A stretch of 64,000 bases of DNA from Bradymonadia bacterium (GCA_046290225.1 JBKAGE010000079.1:64001-128000); one strand, 5' to 3'; positions 1-9,132 are shown, numbered from the stretch's first letter. Notes: generated by a model not told the origin, from the sequence alone. Translations and numbers: made by a program.

Positions 1-3000
1 GCCAGCGCAGCCGAGGCGCTGGAGCGCAGGTTCGCACCTCAGCAGGCCCGCTGGCTGCGCCTGCGCGCCGAGACCGAGATCGACGAGGCTGGCCGCCACC
101 TGCTCGCCGTGGGTGACTTCGAGGCCCTCGCCGCCGACAACGGCAGCGCCTCGGTGCAGCTGACCTGGACCGTCCCCAGCGACAAGGGCCCCACGGGGCG
201 TCCTGCGCGCTACGAGGTGCGCTACGCCGCCTTCCCCCTCACGGCAGAGAACTTCGAGCAGGGGACCGAGGCCGGCGCCGGCGCGCCCAGCCAGCCCGGG
301 GGCCCCGAGGCCCTCGTGGTGAGCGGCTTGAACCCCGAGACCCGCTACCACTTCGCCGTGGTGAGCATCGACGACGCCGGCAACCGCAGCGCCCTGAGCA
401 ACAGCGCCGAGGCCGAGACCCCTGGGGTGGCCCCTGGCACCGTGCTCGATCTGCGAGGCACGGAGCTGGAGCAGGATCGCCTCGTGCTGACCTGGACCGC
501 CCCTGGCGCCGACGGCGACGCTGGCGGCTCCGCGGATCGCTACGACATCCGTATGAGCGCTGCGCCCATCACCGTGGACAACTTCGAGCAGGCGGCCATC
601 GTCGAGGGCGCCGGCGGCCCCGCTGTGCCCGGTGAGGTGGAGCGCCTGCCGGTGGCGGGCCTCGAGCCCGGTACGGACTACTACTTCGCCCTGCGGGCCT
701 ACGACGGCGACGAGGCCAGCGCCCTGTCGAACGTGGCTCAGGTGCGGACCCTGGAGCCCCCGGAGCAGGTGCCCCCGGCCACAGTGCAGGACCTCGCCGC
801 CACCACCGACGAGCGGGTTGCTGGCGCCGTTGCCGTGACCTGGACCGCCCCAGGCGACGACGGCAACCTCGGCCAGGCCACCCGCTACGACCTGCGGTGG
901 TCTGCGTCGCCCATCAACGACGGCAACTTCGCCTCCGCGACGTCCGTGCAGGGTCTCGATGCCCCTCAGGCTGCTGGGGCCCAGGAGTCCACCATCGTCA
1001 CTGGTCTGCCGGGAGAGAGCGCGGTGTGGTTCGCCCTCGTGACCTACGACGACGTGGGCAACATGAGCGGCCTGTCGAACATCGCCGAGGCGGCCACTCG
1101 GGCTGAGCCCCCGGCGCAGATCGTCGATCTCGCCGCCGAGGTCCGTGGGGCCGAAGGGGTGCTGACCTGGACCGCCCCTGGCGCTGATGGCGAAGAGGGT
1201 CGGGCCGCGGCCTACCAGCTCTACATCGAGACTGCCCAGTTCGACAGCGTCGAGGGTCTCACCCCTGTGGCCGACGCCCCGGCGCCCGCTGAGGCAGGCA
1301 GCGCCGAGCAATATGTCGCCGCGCTGAGCAACGACACCACCTACTACGCCGCCATCCGCGCCATCGACCCCCAGGGCAACCCCGGGCAGCTGTCGCCGGT
1401 GGTGGGCTTCCAGACTGACGATGGCGTGGCCCCTGGCCGCCCGGTGCAGCTCGTGGCCCGGACCGGCGACGCCGCCGGTACCCTGAGCGTCTCCTTCGGC
1501 GCCCCCGGTGACGACGGCTACGACGGCACCCCCGCCCAGTACGAGGTGCGCTGGTCCACCAGCGCCTTCGACGCCGCGGGCTTCGAGCAGGCCAACCTCT
1601 ATGTGGGTGACCTCGCCGTGGGCGTCGGTGGCAGCGAGCACACTCTTACCCTCTCGGGCCTGCCCGGTGAGCAACGCATCTACGTGGCGCTGCGGGCCAC
1701 CGACGACGCCGGCCTCGTGGGCGACATCTCTGATGTGGCCAGCGCCGAGACCCCCGATGTGGCCCCGAGCCAGATCGCCGACCTCACCGCAGAGTCGGTG
1801 GGCGACGGCGGCATCGCCCTGCGCTGGACCGCCCCCGGCGACGATGGCGCCGAGGGCACCGCCGTGGCCTACGAGGGCCGCATGGGCACCGAGCCCGTCA
1901 CCGAAGACAACTTCGACCAGATGCAGCCGATCCCCAACCTCGGCGCCCCCGCTCAGGGCGGCGCCGCGGAGTCCCTCGCTGTAGAGGGCCTCGCCGGCAA
2001 CACCACCTACCACTTCGCCCTGCGAGCCATCGACGAGCGGGGCAACCGCGGCGCGCTCTCCGCGAGCGCCTCGGCGAGCACCCCCGATCAGGCGGGCCCG
2101 GCCCCTGTGGCCGACCTGCAGGCGCAGACCGGCAACAACGCCGGTGAGGTGATCCTCACGTGGACCGCCGCCGGTGACGACGGCATGGAGGGCACGGCCT
2201 CCTCGGTGGAGATCCGCTACGCCGGAGACGCCTGGCCCGGGTTCGAGCAGGCTGCTGTGGCCCAGGCCGCGGTGACGCCCGTCGCCGGTGGCGAGCGCCA
2301 CGAGGTGACTGTGACTGGCTTGCCCAGCGAGTCCGACCTGACCTTCGCCCTGGTGACCGTCGACGAGGGCGGCAACCGCGCGGCGCCCTCGAACGTCGCC
2401 GCAGCTCAGACCCTCGGCGTGGCCCCTGGCGCACCGAGCGACCTCATCGTCGCCGCCGAGGGCGCCGCGGCCCTGCGCCTGCAGTTCACCGCCCCCGCTG
2501 ATGATGGCGACGACGCCGAGAGCGGCGCCGTGGCCGCCCTGGAGATCGCTTACAGCACCGAGCCCTTTGACGGCGCCGACTTCGACCAGCAGCAGCGCGT
2601 CGCCGGCCCCGCCCCCGAGGCCCCCGGCGCCACGCAGTCGGCGGTCATCGAGGGTCTGCAGAGCAACACCACCTACTATGTGGCGGTCCGCGCCGCCGAC
2701 GAGCGGGCGCAGATCGGCCCCTCCAGCGCTGTGGTGGAGACCCGCACCGGTGACGGTGAGGCCCCCGGCCGCGTGGCGAGCCTGCAGGCCGCGAGCCCTC
2801 AGGGCGGGGGTGAGCCCGTACAGGTGGTGGCCGTGAACGGCAGCGCCTCGCTCTCCGAGGCCTGGCCGGTGTCCCACGCCTTCGACGGCGAGCAGGACAC
2901 GGCGTGGGCGTCTCCCCCTGGCGGTGGCGAGGGCAGCTTCCTCGAGGCCAGCTTCGGTGCCCCCACTCGCATCGGCCGTGTGCGTCTGTACGTCGGGGAG

Positions 3001-4584
3001 TGGGTGGATCGGTTCCCTGCGGACATCGCCCTGAGCGCTGACGGTGAGATCATCGCCGAGGCTGGGGATCTCGCCCCTGACGCCCACAGCTGGGTGGAGC
3101 TCTCCTTCGAGCCCGTCGCCGCGGAGCAGATTCGCCTCGACATCCTCCGGGCCGGTGGCGACGACGACCTGGGCTACGCGGTCATCAACGAGATCTCCGT
3201 GATGCCCGCCGACGACGCCCCCGACACCATCTCCCTCACCTGGGTGGCCCCTGGCGACGACGACAACAGCGGTCAGGCCGCGCGCTACGACGTGCGCATG
3301 AGCACCGCCCCCATCACCCCGGAGACCTTCGCCGACGCCACCCCCGTGGACGGCGCCCCGGCCCCTGGCGTCGCCGGCACCCCCCAGCAGATGCAGGTGG
3401 AGGGCCTCGACGAGGAGACCACCTACTTCTTCGCCCTGAGGACCTACGACGAGTCCGACAACGCCAGCGCGCTGTCGAACGTCGCCGAGGCCACCACCAA
3501 CGGTGTGCCCCCGGCCCGGGTGGAGGATCTCGTCGCCGAGGCCGATGGCCCCTACGCCGCGGTGCTCACCTGGACCGCCGTGGGCGCCGATGGCCACGTG
3601 GGCACCGCCGCCCGCTACGACCTGCGCTACCGCCCCTACGATCTGTCCGACGCCACCTGGCACGAGGCCATCCCCGTCGAGGCCCCGGCCCCTGCAGCCT
3701 CTGGCGCACAGGAGACCTTCCGCGTAGATGGTTTGCTCCCCGGCACGCTCTACGCCTTCGCCCTGCGGGTGGAAGATGAGCGGGGCCACGTGTCGCTCAC
3801 CTCTGTGGTGGCCCGGACCCTCACTGGCGACGGCCCCGACGAGGTCGCCCCTGGCCAGATCACTCGCCTGACGGCCCGCGCCGCCGGCGGTGACGGGCTC
3901 CCTCTGGCCCTGGCCTCTGCCGAGGCCTCGGGCTCACAGTTCCCCGACTTCCCTCAGTCCGCCGCCATCGACGGCGATCCCGACACCGCCTGGGCCTCTC
4001 CGGCGAAGGGTGAGGGGGGCGAGGAGGTGCTCACGGTGCAGCTCGCCGAGGTCACCGCCGTCGACGAGGTGAACATCCTGCCCCACGACGACTTCCTCGA
4101 CCTGTTCCCTGAGGACATGCGCATCGAGACGTCTGTGGACGGCGAGGTTTGGGACACCTTGTTCCAGTACAACGGCCCCTCCGGCTCTGGCGGTGTGGTG
4201 TGGATGGGCGAGGCCACCCCGGTACAGCACGTGCGCATCACCGTGCAGCGTCGGTTCCGGGATCCGGCCTTCCTGGCGGTCATCGGCGAGGTGCGCCTCT
4301 TCGAGGCCGGTGTGGGCGGTACCGCGCTGGTGAGCTGGCAGGCCCCCGGTGACGACGACCAGATCGGCACCGCCACCCGCTACGAGATGGCCACCGTGCA
4401 GCCCGGCCAAGAGGCAGCCTGGTTCGAGCCCGAGCTGGCTCCGGCTCCCGCTGGCGCCCCCGAGGCGGTGTTGCTGAGCGGCCTGCCCGCCGGCGACATG
4501 GTCATCATGATCCGCGCCATCGACGAGGCCGGGAACGTTGGCCAGGCAGCGGAAGCCTCGGTGACCATCAACCCGGTGCAGTAA
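1..4584 (+). CDS. Large extracellular protein, 5'-partial: 11 FN3-like repeats plus F5/8 type C (discoidin)-like domains
   Basis: Frame is open from base 1 to TAA at 4584. The motif LTWTAPGDDG...YxxR...YxFAxxxxDxxGN recurs 11 times. Discoidin-like motifs AFDGEQDTAWAS and AIDGDPDTAWAS are present. Confidence 0.85.
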   Translation, partial: ASAAEALERRFAPQQARWLRLRAETEIDEAGRHLLAVGDFEALAADNGSASVQLTWTVPSDKGPTGRPARYEVRYAAFPLTAENFEQGTEAGAGAPSQPGGPEALVVSGLNPETRYHFAVVSIDDAGNRSALSNSAEAETPGVAPGTVLDLRGTELEQDRLVLTWTAPGADGDAGGSADRYDIRMSAAPITVDNFEQAAIVEGAGGPAVPGEVERLPVAGLEPGTDYYFALRAYDGDEASALSNVAQVRTLEPPEQVPPATVQDLAATTDERVAGAVAVTWTAPGDDGNLGQATRYDLRWSASPINDGNFASATSVQGLDAPQAAGAQESTIVTGLPGESAVWFALVTYDDVGNMSGLSNIAEAATRAEPPAQIVDLAAEVRGAEGVLTWTAPGADGEEGRAAAYQLYIETAQFDSVEGLTPVADAPAPAEAGSAEQYVAALSNDTTYYAAIRAIDPQGNPGQLSPVVGFQTDDGVAPGRPVQLVARTGDAAGTLSVSFGAPGDDGYDGTPAQYEVRWSTSAFDAAGFEQANLYVGDLAVGVGGSEHTLTLSGLPGEQRIYVALRATDDAGLVGDISDVASAETPDVAPSQIADLTAESVGDGGIALRWTAPGDDGAEGTAVAYEGRMGTEPVTEDNFDQMQPIPNLGAPAQGGAAESLAVEGLAGNTTYHFALRAIDERGNRGALSASASASTPDQAGPAPVADLQAQTGNNAGEVILTWTAAGDDGMEGTASSVEIRYAGDAWPGFEQAAVAQAAVTPVAGGERHEVTVTGLPSESDLTFALVTVDEGGNRAAPSNVAAAQTLGVAPGAPSDLIVAAEGAAALRLQFTAPADDGDDAESGAVAALEIAYSTEPFDGADFDQQQRVAGPAPEAPGATQSAVIEGLQSNTTYYVAVRAADERAQIGPSSAVVETRTGDGEAPGRVASLQAASPQGGGEPVQVVAVNGSASLSEAWPVSHAFDGEQDTAWASPPGGGEGSFLEASFGAPTRIGRVRLYVGEWVDRFPADIALSADGEIIAEAGDLAPDAHSWVELSFEPVAAEQIRLDILRAGGDDDLGYAVINEISVMPADDAPDTISLTWVAPGDDDNSGQAARYDVRMSTAPITPETFADATPVDGAPAPGVAGTPQQMQVEGLDEETTYFFALRTYDESDNASALSNVAEATTNGVPPARVEDLVAEADGPYAAVLTWTAVGADGHVGTAARYDLRYRPYDLSDATWHEAIPVEAPAPAASGAQETFRVDGLLPGTLYAFALRVEDERGHVSLTSVVARTLTGDGPDEVAPGQITRLTARAAGGDGLPLALASAEASGSQFPDFPQSAAIDGDPDTAWASPAKGEGGEEVLTVQLAEVTAVDEVNILPHDDFLDLFPEDMRIETSVDGEVWDTLFQYNGPSGSGGVVWMGEATPVQHVRITVQRRFRDPAFLAVIGEVRLFEAGVGGTALVSWQAPGDDDQIGTATRYEMATVQPGQEAAWFEPELAPAPAGAPEAVLLSGLPAGDMVIMIRAIDEAGNVGQAAEASVTINPVQ

Positions 4585-5788
4585 ACACCAGCCCCACCAC
4601 AGCCCCCGTGGAGAGGGTGGCCAGGGTCCCGGCGACGAGGGCCCTGGCCCCCAGCCCCGTGAGCTGCCCCCGCCGATCAGGCAGCAAGCTGCCGAGCCCC
4701 CCCACGAGGATCCCCAAACTGCCCAGGTTGGCGAAGCCACACAGCGCATAGGTGGTGATGAGCCGGCTCTGCGCCGAGAGGGGCCCGCCCCCGGTCTTCT
4801 GGAGCAGGTCATAGGCCACATATTCGTTGAGCAGGGTCTTGGTGCCCATCAACTCACCGGCATAACCCGCCTCCTCCCAGGGCACCCCCACGAGCCACAT
4901 GACGGGCTTGAAGCACCACCCGCCGACCCGCTGCACTGTGAGCGGTGCGCCACCCACCTCGCCAAAGAGCCCGAGGCCATGATCGACCAGATATACGCAG
5001 GCGAAGAGCACGATGAGGGTGGTGGCGACGCCGACCACGACTTTGGTGCCTTCGGCGGTGCCCTCCATGAGGGCCTCCATGGCGTTGTGGGTCTGTCGTG
5101 GAGGCATCACCACAGGGCCGTCAGGGGTCGAGGTGTCGGGCATCATCAAGTGCGCGAACGTGAGGGCCGCGGGCACGCTGATCAGCGAGGCCACGATCAT
5201 GTGGCCCAGAGCGCCGGGCAGGGCGCCCTCGACGAGCTGGGCGTAAATCACCATCACCGTGCCCGCCACAGTGGACATGCCGCACACCAGCACGGTGAAC
5301 AGCCCGCTGTTGCTCATGCTGCCAAGCCAGGGCCGGATCAAGAGCGGGGCCTCGATGATGCCGAAGAAGACGCTGCTCGCCGCAGAGAAGGCCACCGCTG
5401 GAGGCACAGGGAGCACCTTGCCCAGGGCCCAGGCGAGCCCCCTGATGATCGCCGGGAGCACGCCCCAATGGAACAACACCGCCGACAGGGCGCTGATGAC
5501 CATGATCAAAGGCAGCACTTTGAAGGCCACGATGAAGCCTTTGCTGGGATCAGCGAGGTAGCCGAACATGAACTGGGTGGCCCGGGTGGTGACGTCGTCG
5601 AGCACGTGCACCACGCTGTTGAGCGACAACAGCGCCTCTTGAACCGCTGGCAGCCTCAGCAGCACCACTGCGAGGACTGCCTGCAAGCCAAATCCGATGA
5701 GGACCCGGCGCCACACGATCTCCCGGCGGGCGGTGCTCAGCCCCACTGCGATGAGCACGAGCACCGCCAGCCCCAACACGGCGATCAT
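4568..5788 (-). CDS. nupC: Concentrative nucleoside transporter (NupC/CNT family)
   Basis: Polytopic membrane protein with CNT motifs FFGIIEAPL, GMSTVAG, GTKTLLNEYVAY and TYALCGFAN. Confidence 0.9.
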   Translation of the reverse strand: MIAVLGLAVLVLIAVGLSTARREIVWRRVLIGFGLQAVLAVVLLRLPAVQEALLSLNSVVHVLDDVTTRATQFMFGYLADPSKGFIVAFKVLPLIMVISALSAVLFHWGVLPAIIRGLAWALGKVLPVPPAVAFSAASSVFFGIIEAPLLIRPWLGSMSNSGLFTVLVCGMSTVAGTVMVIYAQLVEGALPGALGHMIVASLISVPAALTFAHLMMPDTSTPDGPVVMPPRQTHNAMEALMEGTAEGTKVVVGVATTLIVLFACVYLVDHGLGLFGEVGGAPLTVQRVGGWCFKPVMWLVGVPWEEAGYAGELMGTKTLLNEYVAYDLLQKTGGGPLSAQSRLITTYALCGFANLGSLGILVGGLGSLLPDRRGQLTGLGARALVAGTLATLSTGAVVGLVFTAPG

Positions 5789-6576
5789 TGATGGGGCTCC
5801 GGGTCAAAGGTGTAGATGCGATTGGCCCACTGCACAGGCTTGGATTCGGTGAGGAACCACCGAGACAGTTGAGCCATGGCCCCCCGAGAGGCTTCGAGAG
5901 AGGCGGTGATGCCACCTGTGTCGAGCTGCTGGTCACTGGCGGGGCCGGAATACTTGTGCCCCACCACGGCCACCGCCGTGGCGATGCCGAGCTCGTTGGC
6001 CATGACCAGCTCCGGCCCCACGGTCATGGAGTTCACGTGGGCGCCCTGGGCGGCCCACCAGCGGTTCTCCGCGGCGGTCTTGGTCCGTGGCCCGCCCACA
6101 TAGGTGAAGACCACCTCCGATGACACCGTGTCCTCGCCAATGCGCTGGCGCAGCTGGTCCGAGAGCGCCCGGTTGCACAGCCCCTCGTCGAGCACGAGGT
6201 GCCCTTGCCCGGGGCCAGCAGGGTGAAACACGGTGCAGGCGGTGCCGTCAGGCAGCCTGTTGTCGGGCATCAGCAAATCGGTGACCACCAGAGGCTCAAA
6301 GAGCGGCAGCTCCGCGGTGAGCACCCCCACGGAGCTGGTGATGAGCAGCCGATCGCAGCCCACGGCCTTCAGCGCGAGGGCGTGAGCACGCCACGGAATG
6401 TGGTGAGGCAAAGTGTCGTGAGGCAGACCATGTCGAAACAGCACGTAGGCCTCTGCCCCTGTGAGGCGATACAGCGTCACTTCACCCGCCCTCGTAGCCA
6501 CAGGCACTGGCTCGAGGGCGTCTCCAGCGAGGGTGGGGGACTGGAAGGCGCTGCCCAGAATGACGGCGGTGGCCAT
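5785..6576 (-). CDS. MTAP/purine nucleoside phosphorylase family protein
   Basis: Motifs LFRHG, PHHIPWRA, GPRTKTAAE and SMTVGPE. Start placed at ATG 6576 (MATAVILGS); ATGA overlap with nupC. Confidence 0.8.
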   Translation of the reverse strand: MATAVILGSAFQSPTLAGDALEPVPVATRAGEVTLYRLTGAEAYVLFRHGLPHDTLPHHIPWRAHALALKAVGCDRLLITSSVGVLTAELPLFEPLVVTDLLMPDNRLPDGTACTVFHPAGPGQGHLVLDEGLCNRALSDQLRQRIGEDTVSSEVVFTYVGGPRTKTAAENRWWAAQGAHVNSMTVGPELVMANELGIATAVAVVGHKYSGPASDQQLDTGGITASLEASRGAMAQLSRWFLTESKPVQWANRIYTFDPEPHQ

Positions 6577-6621
6577 GGATGCTCCAGCAGAGTAGTTGTT
6601 CGGTCTACGAGAGAGGCGCGC

Positions 6622-7974
6622 ATGAGTAACCCGACACGATCGATTTTCGCCACCCTGGATCTGGGCACCACCGGCATCAAAGGGGCGCTCTGGGGCCCTC
6701 GGGGTGGCCTGGTATTGAACGCCCGCACCCCGGCCCCTGTGGTGCAGACCGAAGACACCGGTCGAGCGTGGCAGTCGTGGCATGTCTACGCGCAGAAGAT
6801 CGTAGCGGTCGTGCAAAGCCTGATGAGAGCCAAACCTGCAAACACCTGGGCGGCCCTCGGCATCACCACCCAGCGCGGCACTGTCCTGGGGTTGGACGCA
6901 GATGGCCGACCCTGCACCGAGCTCATCTCGTGGCTCGACGGCTCAGGCGAGGCCGACAGGCTCACCGCCCACGGCGCCCCCGCGAACGCCCGTGTGTCGA
7001 GCTTGATGTCCATCATCGCCGAGTCTCTCGGCCACAGCGCCATCGACACGTCACAGACCTGCCCCCCAGAGGCCCACACCGTCCATCGCCCTCGACCCAC
7101 GATCCATCCACCAGGGCACCTTCTCGAGGCGCACCCGGTCGCCGATGGCCCACTGACCGGAATCCCCAAAGGCCTGCCGGTGATCCTCGCCGGCGGCGAC
7201 AAGCACTGCGAAATGTTGGGGGTGATGCCTGCCCTCGACCCGCAGCAGGCCGCTTTGAGCCTGGGCACGGCGATCAGTCTGGGCTGGTGGGTGCCGCCGG
7301 GTGAGAAGACACACGCTGAGGATGTCCCCGCCTTCGTGACGCCGACCATCTTCGACGGTTGGCAGCAAGTCGAGGTCGGGCTGCCAGGAGGAGGCTCGGC
7401 GTTTCGCTGGCTTCAGGAGGTGCTGCGTTGGTCTCCAGAGACGCCAGGTGCGTGCTTCGATGGACCACCAGAGGTCGACTGGCCAGTGTGCGTGCCCGAC
7501 TTCTGGGGGCGCTTCGGTGTACCCGGCGCCCGAGGTGGCTGGGTGGGGATAGGCCCTGATGTACCACCGGAGCTGCTGGCGTGGTCGTGGATGGAAGGGG
7601 TGCTCTGGACACTGGAGCGTGCTGCTGCGGCCCATCGAGCGGAGCCACTTACGGATGTCTGGTTGTGTGGTGGCGGAGCATCCTGGGCGCCCTGGTCACT
7701 GTGGGGCCCGGCATTGCTCGGCGGCTGTTGGCACCAGATGCAAGGTGACGACGCTGGTTTGATCGGCGTGGCCCGAGTGATGCGGATGGTGTTGGAGACG
7801 GGGGTGGGTGGGGATGGCTTTGCCAAAGCGGCGAGACGCTACAAGGTGATGTCAGGCGCGTCGAGCACGGCGGCTTCGTGGTCTGTGGAGCTGCTTGCCG
7901 AGCGCCGAGGGCGTTTCGAGGCAGCAGTTCAGGCGCTCTCTACAGCCAGCGGGGCGGGCGCATTGAGAGGATAA
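6622..7974 (+). CDS. FGGY-family carbohydrate kinase (divergent)
   Basis: LDLGTTGIK, GITTQRGT, GGDKHC, SLGT and LCGGGA motifs. Start placed at ATG 6622. Confidence 0.8.
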   Translation: MSNPTRSIFATLDLGTTGIKGALWGPRGGLVLNARTPAPVVQTEDTGRAWQSWHVYAQKIVAVVQSLMRAKPANTWAALGITTQRGTVLGLDADGRPCTELISWLDGSGEADRLTAHGAPANARVSSLMSIIAESLGHSAIDTSQTCPPEAHTVHRPRPTIHPPGHLLEAHPVADGPLTGIPKGLPVILAGGDKHCEMLGVMPALDPQQAALSLGTAISLGWWVPPGEKTHAEDVPAFVTPTIFDGWQQVEVGLPGGGSAFRWLQEVLRWSPETPGACFDGPPEVDWPVCVPDFWGRFGVPGARGGWVGIGPDVPPELLAWSWMEGVLWTLERAAAAHRAEPLTDVWLCGGGASWAPWSLWGPALLGGCWHQMQGDDAGLIGVARVMRMVLETGVGGDGFAKAARRYKVMSGASSTAASWSVELLAERRGRFEAAVQALSTASGAGALRG

Positions 7975-8098
7975 ACGCGCCCACCCCGCGACCCACACGG
8001 TCCTACCCCGGCCCCGTGGCTGTGGAGTCATTTGGCCCTGCCCGAGACGCCCGAGCGTGCCGAGCGCCCCGAGCAGGGCGAAGTCTGTGAATCAGTGT

Positions 8099-8173
8099 TG
8101 GAGCCGTGAGAGGGACTCGAACCCCCGCCTTCTCATTACGAAAGAGATATTCTCCCCGTTAAACCATCACGAC
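8099..8173 (-). tRNA. tRNA-Thr(CGU), atypical
   Basis: Cloverleaf GTCGTGA-TG-GTTT..GAAT-A-TCTCT TTCGTAA TGAGA-AGGC-GGGGG TTCGAGT CCCTC-TCACGGC-T-CCA. U31:U39 mismatch, U2:G71 pair, CCA encoded. Confidence 0.85.
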
Positions 8174-8186
8174 GGCACTGATGTTG

Positions 8187-8258
8187 AGCTGCGAGGGGGA
8201 GTCGAACCCGCGTCTCCTCCCTACCATGGAGGCGTTCTGGCCGTTGAACTACCGCAGC
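8187..8258 (-). tRNA. tRNA-Thr(GGU), atypical
   Basis: GCTGCGG..CCTCC ATGGTAG GGAGG-AGAC-GCGGG TTCGACT CCCCC-TCGCAGC-T. A32/G38 loop, C:C mismatch in the T-stem, no encoded CCA. Confidence 0.8.
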
Positions 8259-8293
8259 GCTCAGTATCTTGTTCTCAAAAGCAAAATGTGTAG

Positions 8294-8365
8294 AGCCGCG
8301 AGGGGGAATCGAACCCCCATCTCATCGTTGGCAACGATGCGTCCTAGCCGTTGAACGACCGCGGC
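8294..8365 (-). tRNA. tRNA-Gly(GCC), atypical acceptor stem
   Basis: GCCGCGG..CATCG TTGCCAA CGATG-AGAT-GGGGG TTCGATT CCCCC-TCGCGGC-T. U73, C3:G70, no encoded CCA. Confidence 0.85.
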
Positions 8366-8372
8366 GAATTGT

Positions 8373-8446
8373 TGGAGCCGTGAGAGGGAATCGAACCCCC
8401 ACCCCCTCAGTACAAAAGAGGGATTCTGCCATTGAACCATCACGGC
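8373..8446 (-). tRNA. tRNA-Thr(UGU), atypical
   Basis: GCCGTGA..CCTCT TTTGTAC TGAGG-GGGT-GGGGG TTCGATT CCCTC-TCACGGC-T-CCA. U31:U39 mismatch, C38. Confidence 0.85.
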
Positions 8447-8485
8447 GCTCAGGTACGCGTCATTTGGACATCAAACTCTGTGTAG

Positions 8486-8557
8486 AGCCGCTGGGGGGAA
8501 TCGAACCCCCATCTTCTCCTTGGAAGGGAGCCATTCTGGCCATTGAACTACAGCGGC
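8486..8557 (-). tRNA. tRNA-Gly(UCC), atypical acceptor stem
   Basis: GCCGCTG..GCTCC CTTCCAA GGAGA-AGAT-GGGGG TTCGATT CCCCC-CAGCGGC-T. G27:A43 mismatch, C3:G70, no encoded CCA. Confidence 0.85.
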
Positions 8558-8558
8558 A

Positions 8559-9055
8559 TCCGGCCCTGCGGCGGCGATAGCCGCCGTGAGGCCTCCCTGC
8601 GTTTCTCCCGTTGCGACCGTGAGGCTGATCGGGGGACGGATCGAAAGGGCGATCTCGCCGATCAGCCTTTGGCCGCATCGGATACAGGGGCCACGGTGAA
8701 GTGGCGGATGTCCAACGACAGGCAGACCTGTCGTACGATCATCGAAACATGGCATTCTCCTCGCCCCCTCGGGGCTGAGTTGCACGTGTTGTGGTGGAGC
8801 TGGCCGGAGTCGAACCGGCAACCTTCTGCGAGCCATGCAGGTGCTCTCCCAGTTAAGCTACAGCCCCACAAATATTTGGTGTTTCAGTCGTTCAGTCTTG
8901 GCCCGAAAGGGGTGCCCGACGCTGTGTCGAGGCGCCCCGATAACTTGTCCGTCTATGCCCGAGACAATCCCGCATCCCCCTCTCACCTGATCCCAGTCGA
9001 GATCGGAAATGGCGAAGGGAGTCCCCACGGCGGCTGGCGCCGCCGCAGGGGCGGA
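8559..9055. repeat. 43-bp imperfect inverted repeat (8559-8601 / 9013-9055) inside the tRNA array
   Basis: 8559-8601 matches the reverse complement of 9013-9055 at 37/43 positions by manual alignment. Each copy contains a GCGGCGGC-N4-GCCGCCGT hairpin. Confidence 0.8.
8792..8867 (-). tRNA. tRNA-Ala(GGC), atypical anticodon loop
   Basis: GGGGCTG..CCTGC ATGGCTC GCAGA-AGGTT-GCCGG TTCGACT CCGGC-CAGCTCC-A-CCA. G3:U70 Ala identity pair, pyrimidine (U) at position 37, C27:A43 mismatch. Confidence 0.85.
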
Positions 9056-9059
9056 CAAG

Positions 9060-9132
9060 TGGAGCTGGGCGGAATCGAACCGCCAACCTTCCCCGTGCGA
9101 GGGGGGTGCTCTCCCAATTGAGCTACAGCCCC
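9060..9132 (-). tRNA. tRNA-Ala(CGC)
   Basis: GGGGCTG..CCCCC CTCGCAC GGGGA-AGGTT-GGCGG TTCGATT CCGCC-CAGCTCC-A. G3:U70, C27:A43 mismatch, no encoded CCA. Confidence 0.88.

Noticed and set aside
8099..9132. tRNA array as part of a prophage or integrative element
   Set aside because: No integrase, phage gene or att duplication was seen in the window; the flanks are ordinary chromosomal genes.
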